Position numbers and translations under genes: made by a program
In this document: one piece after another, positions 1-9,338 of the stretch
How the letters are laid out: each line of letters opens with the position of its first letter
How positions within the stretch are numbered: position 1 is the stretch's first letter
The notes under the pieces: model-generated
What the model saw: only the letters and a program-made list of their open reading frames with translations
Told to the model about the DNA's origin: nothing
Database searches by the model: none
NCBI GenBank assembly: GCA_025928935.1
Contig: JAICNB010000008.1
Span: 2,456 to 66,455, forward strand
DNA from: Acidimicrobiia bacterium
GTDB taxonomy: Bacteria; Actinomycetota; Acidimicrobiia; Spongiisociales; ZC4RG35
Reading direction: 5' to 3'
Length of the DNA: 64,000 nucleotides

Positions 1-344
1 AGCGTGTCCCGTTCCAGTTCGATACCGGTGAACCGCTTCACGCCCTCGACCACGTCGGCTGGTGAGATCGAGCCATATAGCTGGCCCTCGTCGCCGGCCT
101 GGGCCGCGATCACGACCCGGCTCCCCACCAGTTGGGTGGCGAGCCGTTCAGCGTCTTCCTTGGCCTTCCGCTCGAACTCGATCCGCGCCTCGCGTATGGC
201 CTCGGCCTGGGCGAGGGCGCCCTCGTTCGCCTTCACCGCCTTCTTCCGGGGAAGCAGGTAGTTGCGGGCATAGCCCTCGGCCACGTCCACGACGTCGCCA
301 CGCTTGCCCAGGGTCTCGACGTCGGAGGTGAGGATGAGCTTCAT
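1..344 (-). CDS. rplI: 50S ribosomal protein L9 (3' end runs off the window)
   Basis: Hand translation from ATG at 344: [34 protein letters not shown], the L9 N-terminal signature; ATGA overlap with the rpsR stop; not in the ORF track. Confidence 0.96.
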   Translation of the reverse strand, partial: MKLILTSDVETLGKRGDVVDVAEGYARNYLLPRKKAVKANEGALAQAEAIREARIEFERKAKEDAERLATQLVGSRVVIAAQAGDEGQLYGSISPADVVEGVKRFTGIELERDT

Positions 345-613
345 CGGGTGTTCAGATAGGGAAGCAGGGCCATCTCCCGCGCGTTCTTGATGGCGTTCGC
401 CACCTCACGCTGATGTGTCGGGCAGTTCCCGTTCACTCGACGCCCCCGGATCTTTCCCCGGTCGGACATGTACTTGCGCAGGACCGAGACATCCTTCCAA
501 TCGATGAACGCGACCTGCTGTTTGCAAAAAGCGCACGGCTTCGGACGTCCCCGGCGCATCTCCATCCCCCGACGCCGCTTGGGTCGCGGGTTGTTGGTGC
601 TCTTTCTTGCCAT
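341..613 (-). CDS. rpsR: 30S ribosomal protein S18, Zn-binding (C+) type
   Basis: KPCAFC...[19 protein letters not shown]...[25 protein letters not shown]; start taken at ATG 613. Confidence 0.96.
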   Translation of the reverse strand: MARKSTNNPRPKRRRGMEMRRGRPKPCAFCKQQVAFIDWKDVSVLRKYMSDRGKIRGRRVNGNCPTHQREVANAIKNAREMALLPYLNTR

Positions 614-632
614 TTTTTCGACTACTCCTGGA

Positions 633-1088
633 TCAGAAGGGCGCCTCGTCGGGCCCGTAACTCTCTCTGGCCACCGGCGCCGGGGGCACATCGGCTCCCT
701 GCCCGCCGCCACCGCTCCACTCACCGCCGCCGGAGCGCTGGGTCTTGTTGACCGAGGCCGTCGCCCAGCGCAGCGAGGGACCGATCTCGTCGATCTGGAC
801 CTCGACCACCGAGCGCTTGTCCCCCTCGGGGGTCTCCCAGCTCCGCTGCTCGAGACGGCCGGTGACGATGACCCGGGCCCCCTTCTGCAAGGACTCGGCG
901 GCGCTCTCCGCCTGCTCCCTCCACACCGTACCGGTGAAGAAGCTGGTGTCTTCCTGCCACTCGCCGTCGTTGCTCCGCCAACGCCGGTTCACGGCGAGGC
1001 GGATCTTGGCCATGGCCACCCCGGATGGGGTGAATCGCAACTCCGGATCGTCGACCAGGTTGCCTATCAATGTGACGTTGTTCGACAT
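633..1088 (-). CDS. ssb: single-stranded DNA-binding protein
   Basis: [25 protein letters not shown], acidic tail DEAPF; rpsF-ssb-rpsR order. Confidence 0.97.
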   Translation of the reverse strand: MSNNVTLIGNLVDDPELRFTPSGVAMAKIRLAVNRRWRSNDGEWQEDTSFFTGTVWREQAESAAESLQKGARVIVTGRLEQRSWETPEGDKRSVVEVQIDEIGPSLRWATASVNKTQRSGGGEWSGGGGQGADVPPAPVARESYGPDEAPF

Positions 1089-1150
1089 GTGAAATCTCCT
1101 CTTCTCACGTCCCTGCGCCGATCATGCCCCAGCCCTGGGACGGATTCCAG

Positions 1151-1438
1151 TCATCCGGGCTTGCGGACGATCTTGTGTCGAAGCACCTCGTCGGCCAGCG
1201 ACAGCATCCGATCGAGTGAGTCGACGGCAGCCGCCTCTGCCTGGAACGTAACCACCGAGTAGTAACCCTCGGACAAATGGTCGATCTCGTAGGCAAAGCG
1301 TCGCTTCCCCCAGAGATCCCTCGCATCGAGCGTCGCGCCCTGGCCGGACAAGTGCGACTCCAGGTCGGTGATCCTGGCTTCGACCTCATCCTCGGCCAGG
1401 TCGGGCCGATGGATCGTCATTACCTCATAGTCGCGCAT
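1151..1438 (-). CDS. rpsF: 30S ribosomal protein S6
   Basis: MRDYEVMTI...WGKRRFAYEI...EGYY...VLRHKIV; AGGAGG upstream of ATG 1438. Confidence 0.96.
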   Translation of the reverse strand: MRDYEVMTIHRPDLAEDEVEARITDLESHLSGQGATLDARDLWGKRRFAYEIDHLSEGYYSVVTFQAEAAAVDSLDRMLSLADEVLRHKIVRKPG

Positions 1439-1440
1439 GT

Positions 1441-1497
1441 GACCTCCTGTGGACATCCGATTCGGAAGGCCCCACCAACACGGTGGAGCAGGGGCTT
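1441..1497 (-). promoter_or_regulatory. putative S6:S18 ribosomal protein leader (autoregulatory mRNA structure)
   Basis: Minus strand CCCTGCTCCACCGTGTTGGTGGGGCC...GTCCACAGGAGG: CCCTG can pair with CAGGAGG over the SD, there is an inner hairpin, and a CCR triplet sits just before the SD arm, as in known rpsF leaders. Confidence 0.7.
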
Positions 1498-1551
1498 CAC
1501 GCCGGCCGGCGGCGCGAGACGCCGGGGCGGAGACCTCATTCTAGGGCGAGC

Positions 1552-2028
1552 TCAGCCGGAAGCCGAAGTCGTGAGGATCGCCCCATCCTCGAAGGCGAAA
1601 TCCCCCGACGGGGTCTCGAGTGACCAGCCCACCGGGAACGAGGTTGGGTAGAGGGTGCAGGGCTCCTCGGCACAGGGCTCCATGGCCACCATGGAGATCA
1701 GCGCGCCGCTGGGGTCGAAGTGCCAGAGGTCGAGCGGGATGAGGGTGTTCTTCATGGTGAACGTGGGAACACCCGGGGGGTCGAAGATGAACATCATCCC
1801 GTCGATTCCCTCGGGCAGGCTCTCGAGCATGCTCAGTCCCTTGCTTCGTTCCTCCTGGCTGTCGGAGACCCACACACTCAGCGTCACATCGTCGACGGTG
1901 ATCTCCTCGACCGGGAACAGGTCCTCGCTCGCCGTGCCGGGCACTGACTCGTCGGTGGGGACCGTGGTCCCGGCGGACCCTCCGCCGCATGCCGCGACGA
2001 GGAGGAGCGCTGCCAATATCAGAACCAT
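1552..2028 (-). CDS. DUF192 family lipoprotein
   Basis: Lipobox LVAAC; ERSKGL...GMMFIF...FTMKNTLIPLDL...PC...C..YP...LE. Confidence 0.85.
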   Translation of the reverse strand: MVLILAALLLVAACGGGSAGTTVPTDESVPGTASEDLFPVEEITVDDVTLSVWVSDSQEERSKGLSMLESLPEGIDGMMFIFDPPGVPTFTMKNTLIPLDLWHFDPSGALISMVAMEPCAEEPCTLYPTSFPVGWSLETPSGDFAFEDGAILTTSASG

Positions 2029-2075
2029 CAGCTGTGGTCTTCGCTCAGCGGAGGAGCGAATCCTGGGTTCGGTGG

Positions 2076-2924
2076 CTAGCCGGATTTCCGGCCTCTGAGC
2101 ATCTCTGCGGCGATCTCGTCCGACACGTGATAGGACTCGTCTTCACCGGGGAAATCGCCCGAGGTCACGTCGGCGACATACCGCTCGAGGGCAGCCACGG
2201 CGTCGTCGGCCAGGCTGGCATATGGGCGGACGAACTTGGGGTAGTTGCCAGAGCCCAGGCCGAGCACATCGTGGAAGACGAGAACCTGGCCGTCAGTGGC
2301 CGGGCCGGCGCCGATGCCGATGGTTGGTATGTCGACCTCCTTGGTGATGAGCTCGCCGAGAATATCGGGCACACCCTCCAGCACGACGCTGAAACAGCCG
2401 ATTTCTGAAATGGCGATCGCGTCCTCTATCAAAGCCTGGGCGGCATCGACCATCTTGCCCTGGACCTTGAACCCACCCATGGCGTGGACCGACTGCGGGG
2501 TGAGGCCGAGATGGCCCATCACCGGGATCTCGGCGTCGAGGATCGCCTGGATCATCGGGAGACGCTTTCGCCCTCCCTCGAGCTTGACCGCCTCGGCGCC
2601 GCCCTCCTGGACGATCCGACCGGCGTTACGCACCGTGTCCTCGACCGACACATGGAAGCTGAGCCAGGGCATGTCGACCACGAAGAGTGCCTTCGGATCG
2701 GCCCGTTTCACCGCCCGGGCATGCATGATCGTCTCATCCATCCCGAACTCGAGTGTCGTGGACATCCCGTGGACCACATTGGCCGCCGAGTCGCCGACCA
2801 GGACGATGTCGACTCCTGCCCGATCTGCGATCACCGCCCCCGGGTAGTCGTAGACGGTGACCATCGAGATCCGCGGACCACCTTTTCGTTCCCTGATTGC
2901 TGGAACCGTGACCTTCTGGCGCAT
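2076..2924 (-). CDS. panB: 3-methyl-2-oxobutanoate hydroxymethyltransferase
   Basis: TVYDY, LVGDSAANV, DMPW, AVKLEGG, GHLGLTPQS, GIGAG, DGQVLV; TATCCT-N6-ATG supports start 2924. Confidence 0.96.
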   Translation of the reverse strand: MRQKVTVPAIRERKGGPRISMVTVYDYPGAVIADRAGVDIVLVGDSAANVVHGMSTTLEFGMDETIMHARAVKRADPKALFVVDMPWLSFHVSVEDTVRNAGRIVQEGGAEAVKLEGGRKRLPMIQAILDAEIPVMGHLGLTPQSVHAMGGFKVQGKMVDAAQALIEDAIAISEIGCFSVVLEGVPDILGELITKEVDIPTIGIGAGPATDGQVLVFHDVLGLGSGNYPKFVRPYASLADDAVAALERYVADVTSGDFPGEDESYHVSDEIAAEMLRGRKSG

Positions 2925-2989
2925 GCGGGAAGGATAACGGCCGGTCCCAGATCCGGTCCCAGGGCCTGTTGTTATGCTCGAAGAGCACC

Positions 2990-5938
2990 TTGCTGGTGTT
3001 GCTCCTCGCCCATGCCGCGGCCGCCCTAGGCGCACCGACCCTCGTCTCATGGCTGGGACGCCGGGCGTTCCTGGTTCTTGCCCTGGTACCAGGCTCGGCC
3101 GCAGCGTGGGCACTCGGCCAGACCGCGGCAGTGACCTCGGGAGAAGGCCCGACCATGACCCTCTCGTGGATCCCGGCACTGGGGATCGACCTCGCCTTCC
3201 GGCTCGACACACTTTCCTGGTTGATGGTGCTGCTGGTGGGAGGAGTCGGGGCCCTCGTCCTTGTCTACTGCTCTGCCTACTTCTCGCCCGCCTCGGGCAA
3301 TCTCGGACGATTCGCCGCCTTCTTCGTGGGCTTCGCCGGCGCGATGCTCGGCCTGGTAACCAGTGACAACTTGGTCCAGCTCTACGTCTTCTGGGAGCTG
3401 ACAACGGTGTTCTCCTACTTGCTGATCGGGCACTACACCACGCGCAAGTCGTCGCGGCGGGCGGCCACCAAGGCGATCCTGGTCACCACCGCAGGAGGTC
3501 TCGTCATGCTGATCGGGATCGTCCTCATCGGCGATCTGAGCGGGACGTACTCCATCACCGACATCGTCGCCGCCCCTCCCACCGGCCCTGTGGCGGTGAC
3601 CGCGGTGGTCCTCCTCCTGGTCGGGGCCGCCAGCAAATCGGCTTTGGTGCCGCTCCACTTCTGGCTACCGGCGGCGATGGCGGCCCCGACCCCGGTCAGT
3701 GCCTATCTCCACGCCGCTGCGATGGTCAAAGCCGGGATCTATCTCGTCGCCAGGCTCGCCCCCGGATATGCGGGACTGGAGGCGTGGCAGCTGATGATCC
3801 TGGTGCTTGGTGGCTTCAGCCTCGTGATGGGCGGCTACCAGGCGCTCCGTCAGCATGACCTCAAGCTGCTGCTGGCGTATGGCACGGTCAGCCAGCTCGG
3901 TCTGCTCGCGATCCTCCTCGGCGCCGGGTCCCGTGCCACGGCCCTCGCCGGTCTCGCCCTGCTCGGCGCCCACGCCATGTTCAAGGCCTCGCTGTTCCTC
4001 GTGGTCGGCCTGGTGGACGCGGCCACCGGTACCCGGGACCTTCGCAACCTCTCAGCCATCTGGCGCCGTCTCCCCGTGACCGCGGTCATGGCGGCACTGG
4101 CAATGGCGTCCATGATCGGGCTGCCTCCGTTCGCCGGGTTCGTGGCCAAAGAGGCGGCACTCGAATCGTTGCTCCACGGCGGGGCCAGCCCTGCTTGGCT
4201 GGACATCGCACTTCTGGTTGCGTTCGTGGCCGGGTCGGTGCTGACAGTGGCCTACGGTTTGCGGCTCTGGTGGGGGGCCTTCGCCACCAAGGCGACAATC
4301 CCGGAAATCGAACCGGTCAGGGTCATCCGGCCCCCTTTGCTGCTTCTCGCTCCAGCGGCGCTTCTGGCAGTGGGTGGTCTCGCCGTCGCTGTGCTCCCCG
4401 GGCTGGGAGACCAGGTGCTGTCGCCCTATGCCAACACCTATCCCGCCGGCGAGCCGGGCCACCTCACTCTGTGGCCGGGTCTCACCCCGGCCCTGGTCAT
4501 CTCGCTCGGGATGCTGGCGGCCGGGGTCGGGCTCTTCGCGATCAGGGACCGGGTGGAGCGGTGGCAGGCGACCCACCAGGGCCCTCTCGACGCCGACAAC
4601 GTCTACCGGCGGACGCTGCGCGGCCTGGATCTCTTTGCCGCCGACCTCACCTCGTTGTTCCAAAGGGGCTCACTGCCTTTCTACCTCGGGATCGTCCTCC
4701 TCATGGTGGTGATCCTCCCGGGCGGGGCCATGGCCCTGGGAACCTCGCTTCCAGACCGCATCAGCCTGCGCGGCGGCGTCCCCCAACTGCTCGTTGGTGC
4801 CCTGGTGGTAGTCGCCACGATCCTCACCGTCCGATCGCGGCGCAGGCTCAAGGCCGTGATCCTCACCGGGATCACCGGCTACGGGACCGCGATGTTGTTC
4901 TTCCTCTACGGAGCCCCGGATCTCGCCCTCGACCAGGTGTTGGTGGAGACCATCACTCTGGTCGTCTTCGTCCTGGTCCTCCGTCGGCTCCCGGCCTATT
5001 TCTCCAATCGGCCGCTGGCGGCAGACCGCTGGGTTCGACTCGGTATCGGGATAGCGGTGGCGGTAACCGTGGCCGGGTTCGCCATGGTGGTGCCTCAGGC
5101 CCGTCTCGAACCACCGGTGTCTGCGGCCCTTCCCCAGGAGGCTGTGGCGTTCGGCGGCGGGAGCAACGTGGTCAACGTGATACTGGTCGACGTCCGGGCC
5201 TGGGACACGATGGGCGAGATCTCGGTGCTGGTGGCGGCGGCCACCGGGATAGCTTCCCTGACCTTCCTCAGGAGCCGGACCAGGGACTCTCGCCGACCCC
5301 GCGACCACGTTCCCGGCGAATTGCCTGTCCTCGGACTGGGCGATCCCGATCCCATGGCCCCGTTGCGACGACCCGGGACCTCATCGGGCTCACGATCCCA
5401 GGAGTGGCTCCGCGGTGGGCGGACCCTGGCCCCGCAACGCCGCTCCGTGGTCTTCGAGGTGACGACCCGGATGCTCTATCACACCATGCTGGTCTTCGCC
5501 ATCTGGCTCCTCTTCAGCGGTCACAACGCCCCCGGGGGAGGGTTCGCCGCCGGCCTGATCACGGGCCTCGCCTTGGCCGTCCGCTATCTGGCGGGGGGCC
5601 GCTACGAACTGGCCGAGGCTGCTCCGCTCCATCCGGGGTTGCTCCTCGGGTCGGGGTTGTTCCTGGCCACGGGCAGTGGGCTGATCCCGATCCTCCTCGG
5701 CGGCGAGGTGCTGCAGACGGCCATATTCGACCTGACCGTTCCCTTGATCGGTGAGGTTCACCTCATCACCTCGACGTTCTTCGACATCGGCGTCTACCTG
5801 GTGGTCGTGGGGTTGATGCTCGACGTCCTGCGCAGTCTCGGGGCCGAGATCGACCGGCAAGGTGAGGCCACAGGCCACGACAGCGACCTGGTCGGCCCCG
5901 CGCTGGAGCCGGCTCCACCTCTGCGGGACCGCCTGTGA
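2990..5938 (+). CDS. mrpA: Na+/H+ antiporter subunit A (MrpA-MrpB fusion, group 2)
   Basis: FWELTT, KSALVPLHFWLPAAMAAPTPVSAYLHAAAMVKAG, NVILVDVRAWDTMGE, GHNAPGGGF; start uncertain (2969 or TTG 2990). Confidence 0.95.
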   Translation: MLVLLLAHAAAALGAPTLVSWLGRRAFLVLALVPGSAAAWALGQTAAVTSGEGPTMTLSWIPALGIDLAFRLDTLSWLMVLLVGGVGALVLVYCSAYFSPASGNLGRFAAFFVGFAGAMLGLVTSDNLVQLYVFWELTTVFSYLLIGHYTTRKSSRRAATKAILVTTAGGLVMLIGIVLIGDLSGTYSITDIVAAPPTGPVAVTAVVLLLVGAASKSALVPLHFWLPAAMAAPTPVSAYLHAAAMVKAGIYLVARLAPGYAGLEAWQLMILVLGGFSLVMGGYQALRQHDLKLLLAYGTVSQLGLLAILLGAGSRATALAGLALLGAHAMFKASLFLVVGLVDAATGTRDLRNLSAIWRRLPVTAVMAALAMASMIGLPPFAGFVAKEAALESLLHGGASPAWLDIALLVAFVAGSVLTVAYGLRLWWGAFATKATIPEIEPVRVIRPPLLLLAPAALLAVGGLAVAVLPGLGDQVLSPYANTYPAGEPGHLTLWPGLTPALVISLGMLAAGVGLFAIRDRVERWQATHQGPLDADNVYRRTLRGLDLFAADLTSLFQRGSLPFYLGIVLLMVVILPGGAMALGTSLPDRISLRGGVPQLLVGALVVVATILTVRSRRRLKAVILTGITGYGTAMLFFLYGAPDLALDQVLVETITLVVFVLVLRRLPAYFSNRPLAADRWVRLGIGIAVAVTVAGFAMVVPQARLEPPVSAALPQEAVAFGGGSNVVNVILVDVRAWDTMGEISVLVAAATGIASLTFLRSRTRDSRRPRDHVPGELPVLGLGDPDPMAPLRRPGTSSGSRSQEWLRGGRTLAPQRRSVVFEVTTRMLYHTMLVFAIWLLFSGHNAPGGGFAAGLITGLALAVRYLAGGRYELAEAAPLHPGLLLGSGLFLATGSGLIPILLGGEVLQTAIFDLTVPLIGEVHLITSTFFDIGVYLVVVGLMLDVLRSLGAEIDRQGEATGHDSDLVGPALEPAPPLRDRL

Positions 5939-6429
5939 TCTCGACGCCCGATTTCGTCCTGGTGGTGGTGATCGCCGTACTGTTCGCGGGCGGCGTCTAT
6001 CTCATGCTGGAGCGGAGCCTGTCCCGTGTCCTGATCGGGATCATCCTCGTCTCCAACGGAGCGAACCTGCTCATGCTGGTGGTCGGTGGGCCCCCTGGAG
6101 GCGCCCCGATCGTCGGGATGACTCCCGAGCAGGAGATGAGCGACCCCCTGCCCCAGGCGATGGTGCTCACCGCCATCGTGATAACCCTGGGGATGAGCGC
6201 CTTCCTGCTCGCCATGGCCTACCGGTCCTGGCAGCTGAACGAGCACGACGAGGTGCAGGACGACCTGGAGGACCGTCGGCTGGCCAGACAGGCCGCCACC
6301 GATCAGGGTCTCCGGTCGGAGCTTGGCTTCGACGGTGCTCTGCCGGCCACCCTCGACGAGGACGCGGCGGAAGCAAGAGACGAGATGGCTCTGTTCGGCG
6401 AGGAACGGGCGGAGGTGGACTGGGAGTGA
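5935..6429 (+). CDS. mrpC: Na+/H+ antiporter subunit C
   Basis: SNGANL, DPLPQAMVLTAIVI; GTGA overlap. Confidence 0.95.
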   Translation: MISTPDFVLVVVIAVLFAGGVYLMLERSLSRVLIGIILVSNGANLLMLVVGGPPGGAPIVGMTPEQEMSDPLPQAMVLTAIVITLGMSAFLLAMAYRSWQLNEHDEVQDDLEDRRLARQAATDQGLRSELGFDGALPATLDEDAAEARDEMALFGEERAEVDWE

Positions 6430-7964
6430 CCTGGCTCGTGCCTCTCCCGGTGATCCTCCCCCTGGCCGGCGCCGGTCTGGCCCTGACCATGTCCCGCCAT
6501 CCCCGCGCCCAGCGAGTGATCAGCGTGGTCGTGCTGACCTTGGTACTGGTGGCGGCGGTGAGCCTGCTCGGCCTTGCCGACCGGGGTCCCCTGGTGGTCG
6601 ACGTCGGGGGCTGGGCGGCGCCCGTGGGCATCTCGCTGGTATCGGACCGGCTCGCCGCCCTGATGCTGTCGGTTTCTGCAGCGGTGACGTTATGCGTCCT
6701 CCTCTACTCGCTGGCTCAGGGATTGGCGGATGGCGACGAGGAGGCCCCGGTCGCCATCTATCACCCGACCTACCTGGTCCTCGTCGCCGGGGTGGCCAAC
6801 ACGTTTCTATCCGGGGACCTCTTCAACCTCTACGTGGGCTTCGAGATGCTCCTCCTGGCCAGCTTCGTGCTGATCACCTTGGGCGGGACCGCGGCCCGGA
6901 TCCGCTCCGGCTCGATCTATGTCGTGGTGGCGATCGCCTCGTCGCTTGTCTTCGTGGTGGCGATCGCCCTCACCTACTCGGCCACCGGCACCCTGAACCT
7001 GGCGCACCTGGCACAGCGGCTACCCGAGATCGACCCCGGGATCGCTCTGGTGCTGCAGCTCCTCTTGCTCATCGCATTCTCGGTCAAGGCTGCCGTGTTC
7101 CCCATGTCGGCCTGGCTGCCCGACTCCTACCCGACCGCGCCGGCCCCGGTCACCGCGGTGTTCGCGGGTCTGCTCACCAAGGTTGGCATCTACGCCATCC
7201 TTCGCACCCAGACCCTTCTCTTCGCCGAGGGCCGGGCCGACGAGCTCCTGATGACCGCCGCCCTGATCACGATGCTGGTCGGAATCCTGGGTGCCGTCGT
7301 CCAGAACGACGTGAAGCGGCTCCTCTCGTTCACCCTGGTCAGCCATGTCGGCTACATGATCTTCGGCATATCCCTGTCCAGCCAGGCCGGGCTGGCTGCC
7401 GCCATCTTCTATGTGATCCATCACATCACAGTGCAGACCTCGCTCTTCCTGGTGGTCGGCTTGATCGAGCGGCGTGGTGGCACGACCTCCCTGATCCGTC
7501 TCGGCGGTCTGGCAAGAGTCGCCCCACTGCTGGCGATCTTGTTCTTCGTCCCGGCGATGAGCCTGGCCGGGATCCCGCCGTTTTCCGGATTCCTGGGCAA
7601 ACTCGGGCTGCTCCAGGCCGGCGTGGCCGACGGATCGCTGCTCGCCATCGTGCTGGTCATCGGCGGGGTGGCGGTGTCGCTGCTCACCCTCTACGTCATC
7701 ATCAAGGCCTGGAACCAGGCGTTCGTCCAGGATGCCCCTGACGACCTGCCCGACACCACCCTGCCCCGGGGCATGGTGGGCCCGACCGCCGCCCTGGTCG
7801 CCCTGGGCCTGACCCTCACCTTCCTGGCCGGCCCTCTCTACGCCTACGCCGATCGGGCAGCCTCCGACCTCCTCGCTCAGAGCCCGTATGTCGACTCGGT
7901 CTTCTCCCGAGGCGACCGCGGCGTAGGCGAGTCACCCGAGGCCGCAGAGGGGACCCCGCCATGA
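6426..7964 (+). CDS. mrpD: Na+/H+ antiporter subunit D
   Basis: GDLFNLYVGFE, WLPDSYPTAPAPVTAVFAGLLTKVG, GIPPFSGFLGK; GTG 6426 overlaps the mrpC stop. Confidence 0.95.
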   Translation: MTWLVPLPVILPLAGAGLALTMSRHPRAQRVISVVVLTLVLVAAVSLLGLADRGPLVVDVGGWAAPVGISLVSDRLAALMLSVSAAVTLCVLLYSLAQGLADGDEEAPVAIYHPTYLVLVAGVANTFLSGDLFNLYVGFEMLLLASFVLITLGGTAARIRSGSIYVVVAIASSLVFVVAIALTYSATGTLNLAHLAQRLPEIDPGIALVLQLLLLIAFSVKAAVFPMSAWLPDSYPTAPAPVTAVFAGLLTKVGIYAILRTQTLLFAEGRADELLMTAALITMLVGILGAVVQNDVKRLLSFTLVSHVGYMIFGISLSSQAGLAAAIFYVIHHITVQTSLFLVVGLIERRGGTTSLIRLGGLARVAPLLAILFFVPAMSLAGIPPFSGFLGKLGLLQAGVADGSLLAIVLVIGGVAVSLLTLYVIIKAWNQAFVQDAPDDLPDTTLPRGMVGPTAALVALGLTLTFLAGPLYAYADRAASDLLAQSPYVDSVFSRGDRGVGESPEAAEGTPP

Positions 7965-8530
7965 GCCGGGGATCGCGACGCCGGCTCCCCTGGCGAATGC
8001 TCGTGTGGCTCACACTGGTGTGGCTGATGCTCTGGGGGAGGCTGTCCACCGGGACCCTCCTGGCTGGTATCGCCATCGCAGCCCTCGTCACGACGACCCT
8101 TCCCCTCCCAGCCGTGGAGTTCCAGGGTGGGATCCACCCTTTCGCCACGGCCCGCCTCGTCGGTCGCTTCATCCTCGACCTGGTGCGGGCCAGCATCCAG
8201 GTCACCCTCCTCGCCCTCAACCCGAGCCGGACGCCGAGCGGCGCCGTGATCCGGGTCCACCTTCGCAGTGAGTCTGACCTCTACCTGACCCTGACCGCCG
8301 AGTTGTCCACCCTGGTCCCTGGCTCACTGGTGGTGGAGGCAAATCGGCAGACCGGGGTCCTCCACCTGCACATCCTCGACGTCGACGCCCTCGGTGGCAT
8401 CGAGAAGGTCAGGGCGGACACCCTCGGCATCGAGGCCAGGGTCCTGCGTGCCCTCGCCTCCGACGACGAGCTGGCGGCCGCTGGTCTGACCCGGTCGGGT
8501 CGTGACGAGCGAAGGGTGGAGCAGACATGA
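7961..8530 (+). CDS. mrpE: Na+/H+ antiporter subunit E
   Basis: VWLMLWG, STLVPGSLVVE, LHLHILD; operon position. Confidence 0.92.
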   Translation: MSRGSRRRLPWRMLVWLTLVWLMLWGRLSTGTLLAGIAIAALVTTTLPLPAVEFQGGIHPFATARLVGRFILDLVRASIQVTLLALNPSRTPSGAVIRVHLRSESDLYLTLTAELSTLVPGSLVVEANRQTGVLHLHILDVDALGGIEKVRADTLGIEARVLRALASDDELAAAGLTRSGRDERRVEQT

Positions 8531-8889
8531 TCGTCGTGGCTGTCTCCGGGCTCCTCCTCGTGATCGGCGCCGTCCTCGCCGTGCTCCGGGTGGAGAGAGG
8601 CCCGAGCATGCTCGACCGGGCGGTCGCGCTCGACATCATCACCAGCATCCTGGTCATCGGAGTGGCGCTCGAAGCAGCCTGGAGCCGGCGCCTCGACACA
8701 ATGCCGATCCTCGCCGCGCTGGCCCTGGTCGGGTTCATCTCCTCGGTCACCGTCTCTCGGTATGCCGCCATCGAGCCCGAGGACGAGGGCCGGATCCGGA
8801 CCGCCGAGGAGATCGCCGCCGAGGACGCCGAGAGACACGCTCTGGAAGAAGAGGCCGCCGCCCGCGAAGCCGGGGAGGACCCGCTGTGA
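8527..8889 (+). CDS. mrpF: Na+/H+ antiporter subunit F
   Basis: GPSMLDRAVALD, ALVGFISSV. Confidence 0.92.
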   Translation: MIVVAVSGLLLVIGAVLAVLRVERGPSMLDRAVALDIITSILVIGVALEAAWSRRLDTMPILAALALVGFISSVTVSRYAAIEPEDEGRIRTAEEIAAEDAERHALEEEAAAREAGEDPL

Positions 8890-9257
8890 GCTGGGACGTG
8901 GTCCTCGATATCGCCGCCGCCGTCTGTTTCGTGTTCGCCGGCCTACTCTCCCTCGCCGCCGGGGTGGGAGTCCTCCGATTCGGCGACCTTCTCTCCCGGA
9001 TGCACGCCGGCACCAAGCCTCAGGTGCTGGGAGTCCTCCTCGGGCTGGCCGGGTATGGCCTGCGGATGCGATCCGGCCCGGTGCTGTGGACGGTTCTCCT
9101 AGTCGCCCTCTTCCAGCTCCTCACCGCCCCGGTGGCGGCGCACATGGTGGGACGGGCCGGGTACCGCACCGGGAAGGTCTCGAGTGACAGGCTCGTCGTC
9201 GACGAGCTGACCAGCGACCTGAACCGGGCGCAGCAGGACACCCGGAGGACTGACTGA
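8886..9257 (+). CDS. mrpG: Na+/H+ antiporter subunit G
   Basis: GVLRFGDLLSRMHAGTKPQ, FQLLTAPVAAHMVGRA; GTG 8886 overlaps the mrpF stop. Confidence 0.93.
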   Translation: MSWDVVLDIAAAVCFVFAGLLSLAAGVGVLRFGDLLSRMHAGTKPQVLGVLLGLAGYGLRMRSGPVLWTVLLVALFQLLTAPVAAHMVGRAGYRTGKVSSDRLVVDELTSDLNRAQQDTRRTD

Positions 9258-9338
9258 GGATCGCCAGCCCGCCGATCTGGCATGGCGCCGGCGCCTCGAT
9301 AGCATGCGATCGTCCCCGGAGAACTCGAAGGGTCGTCG

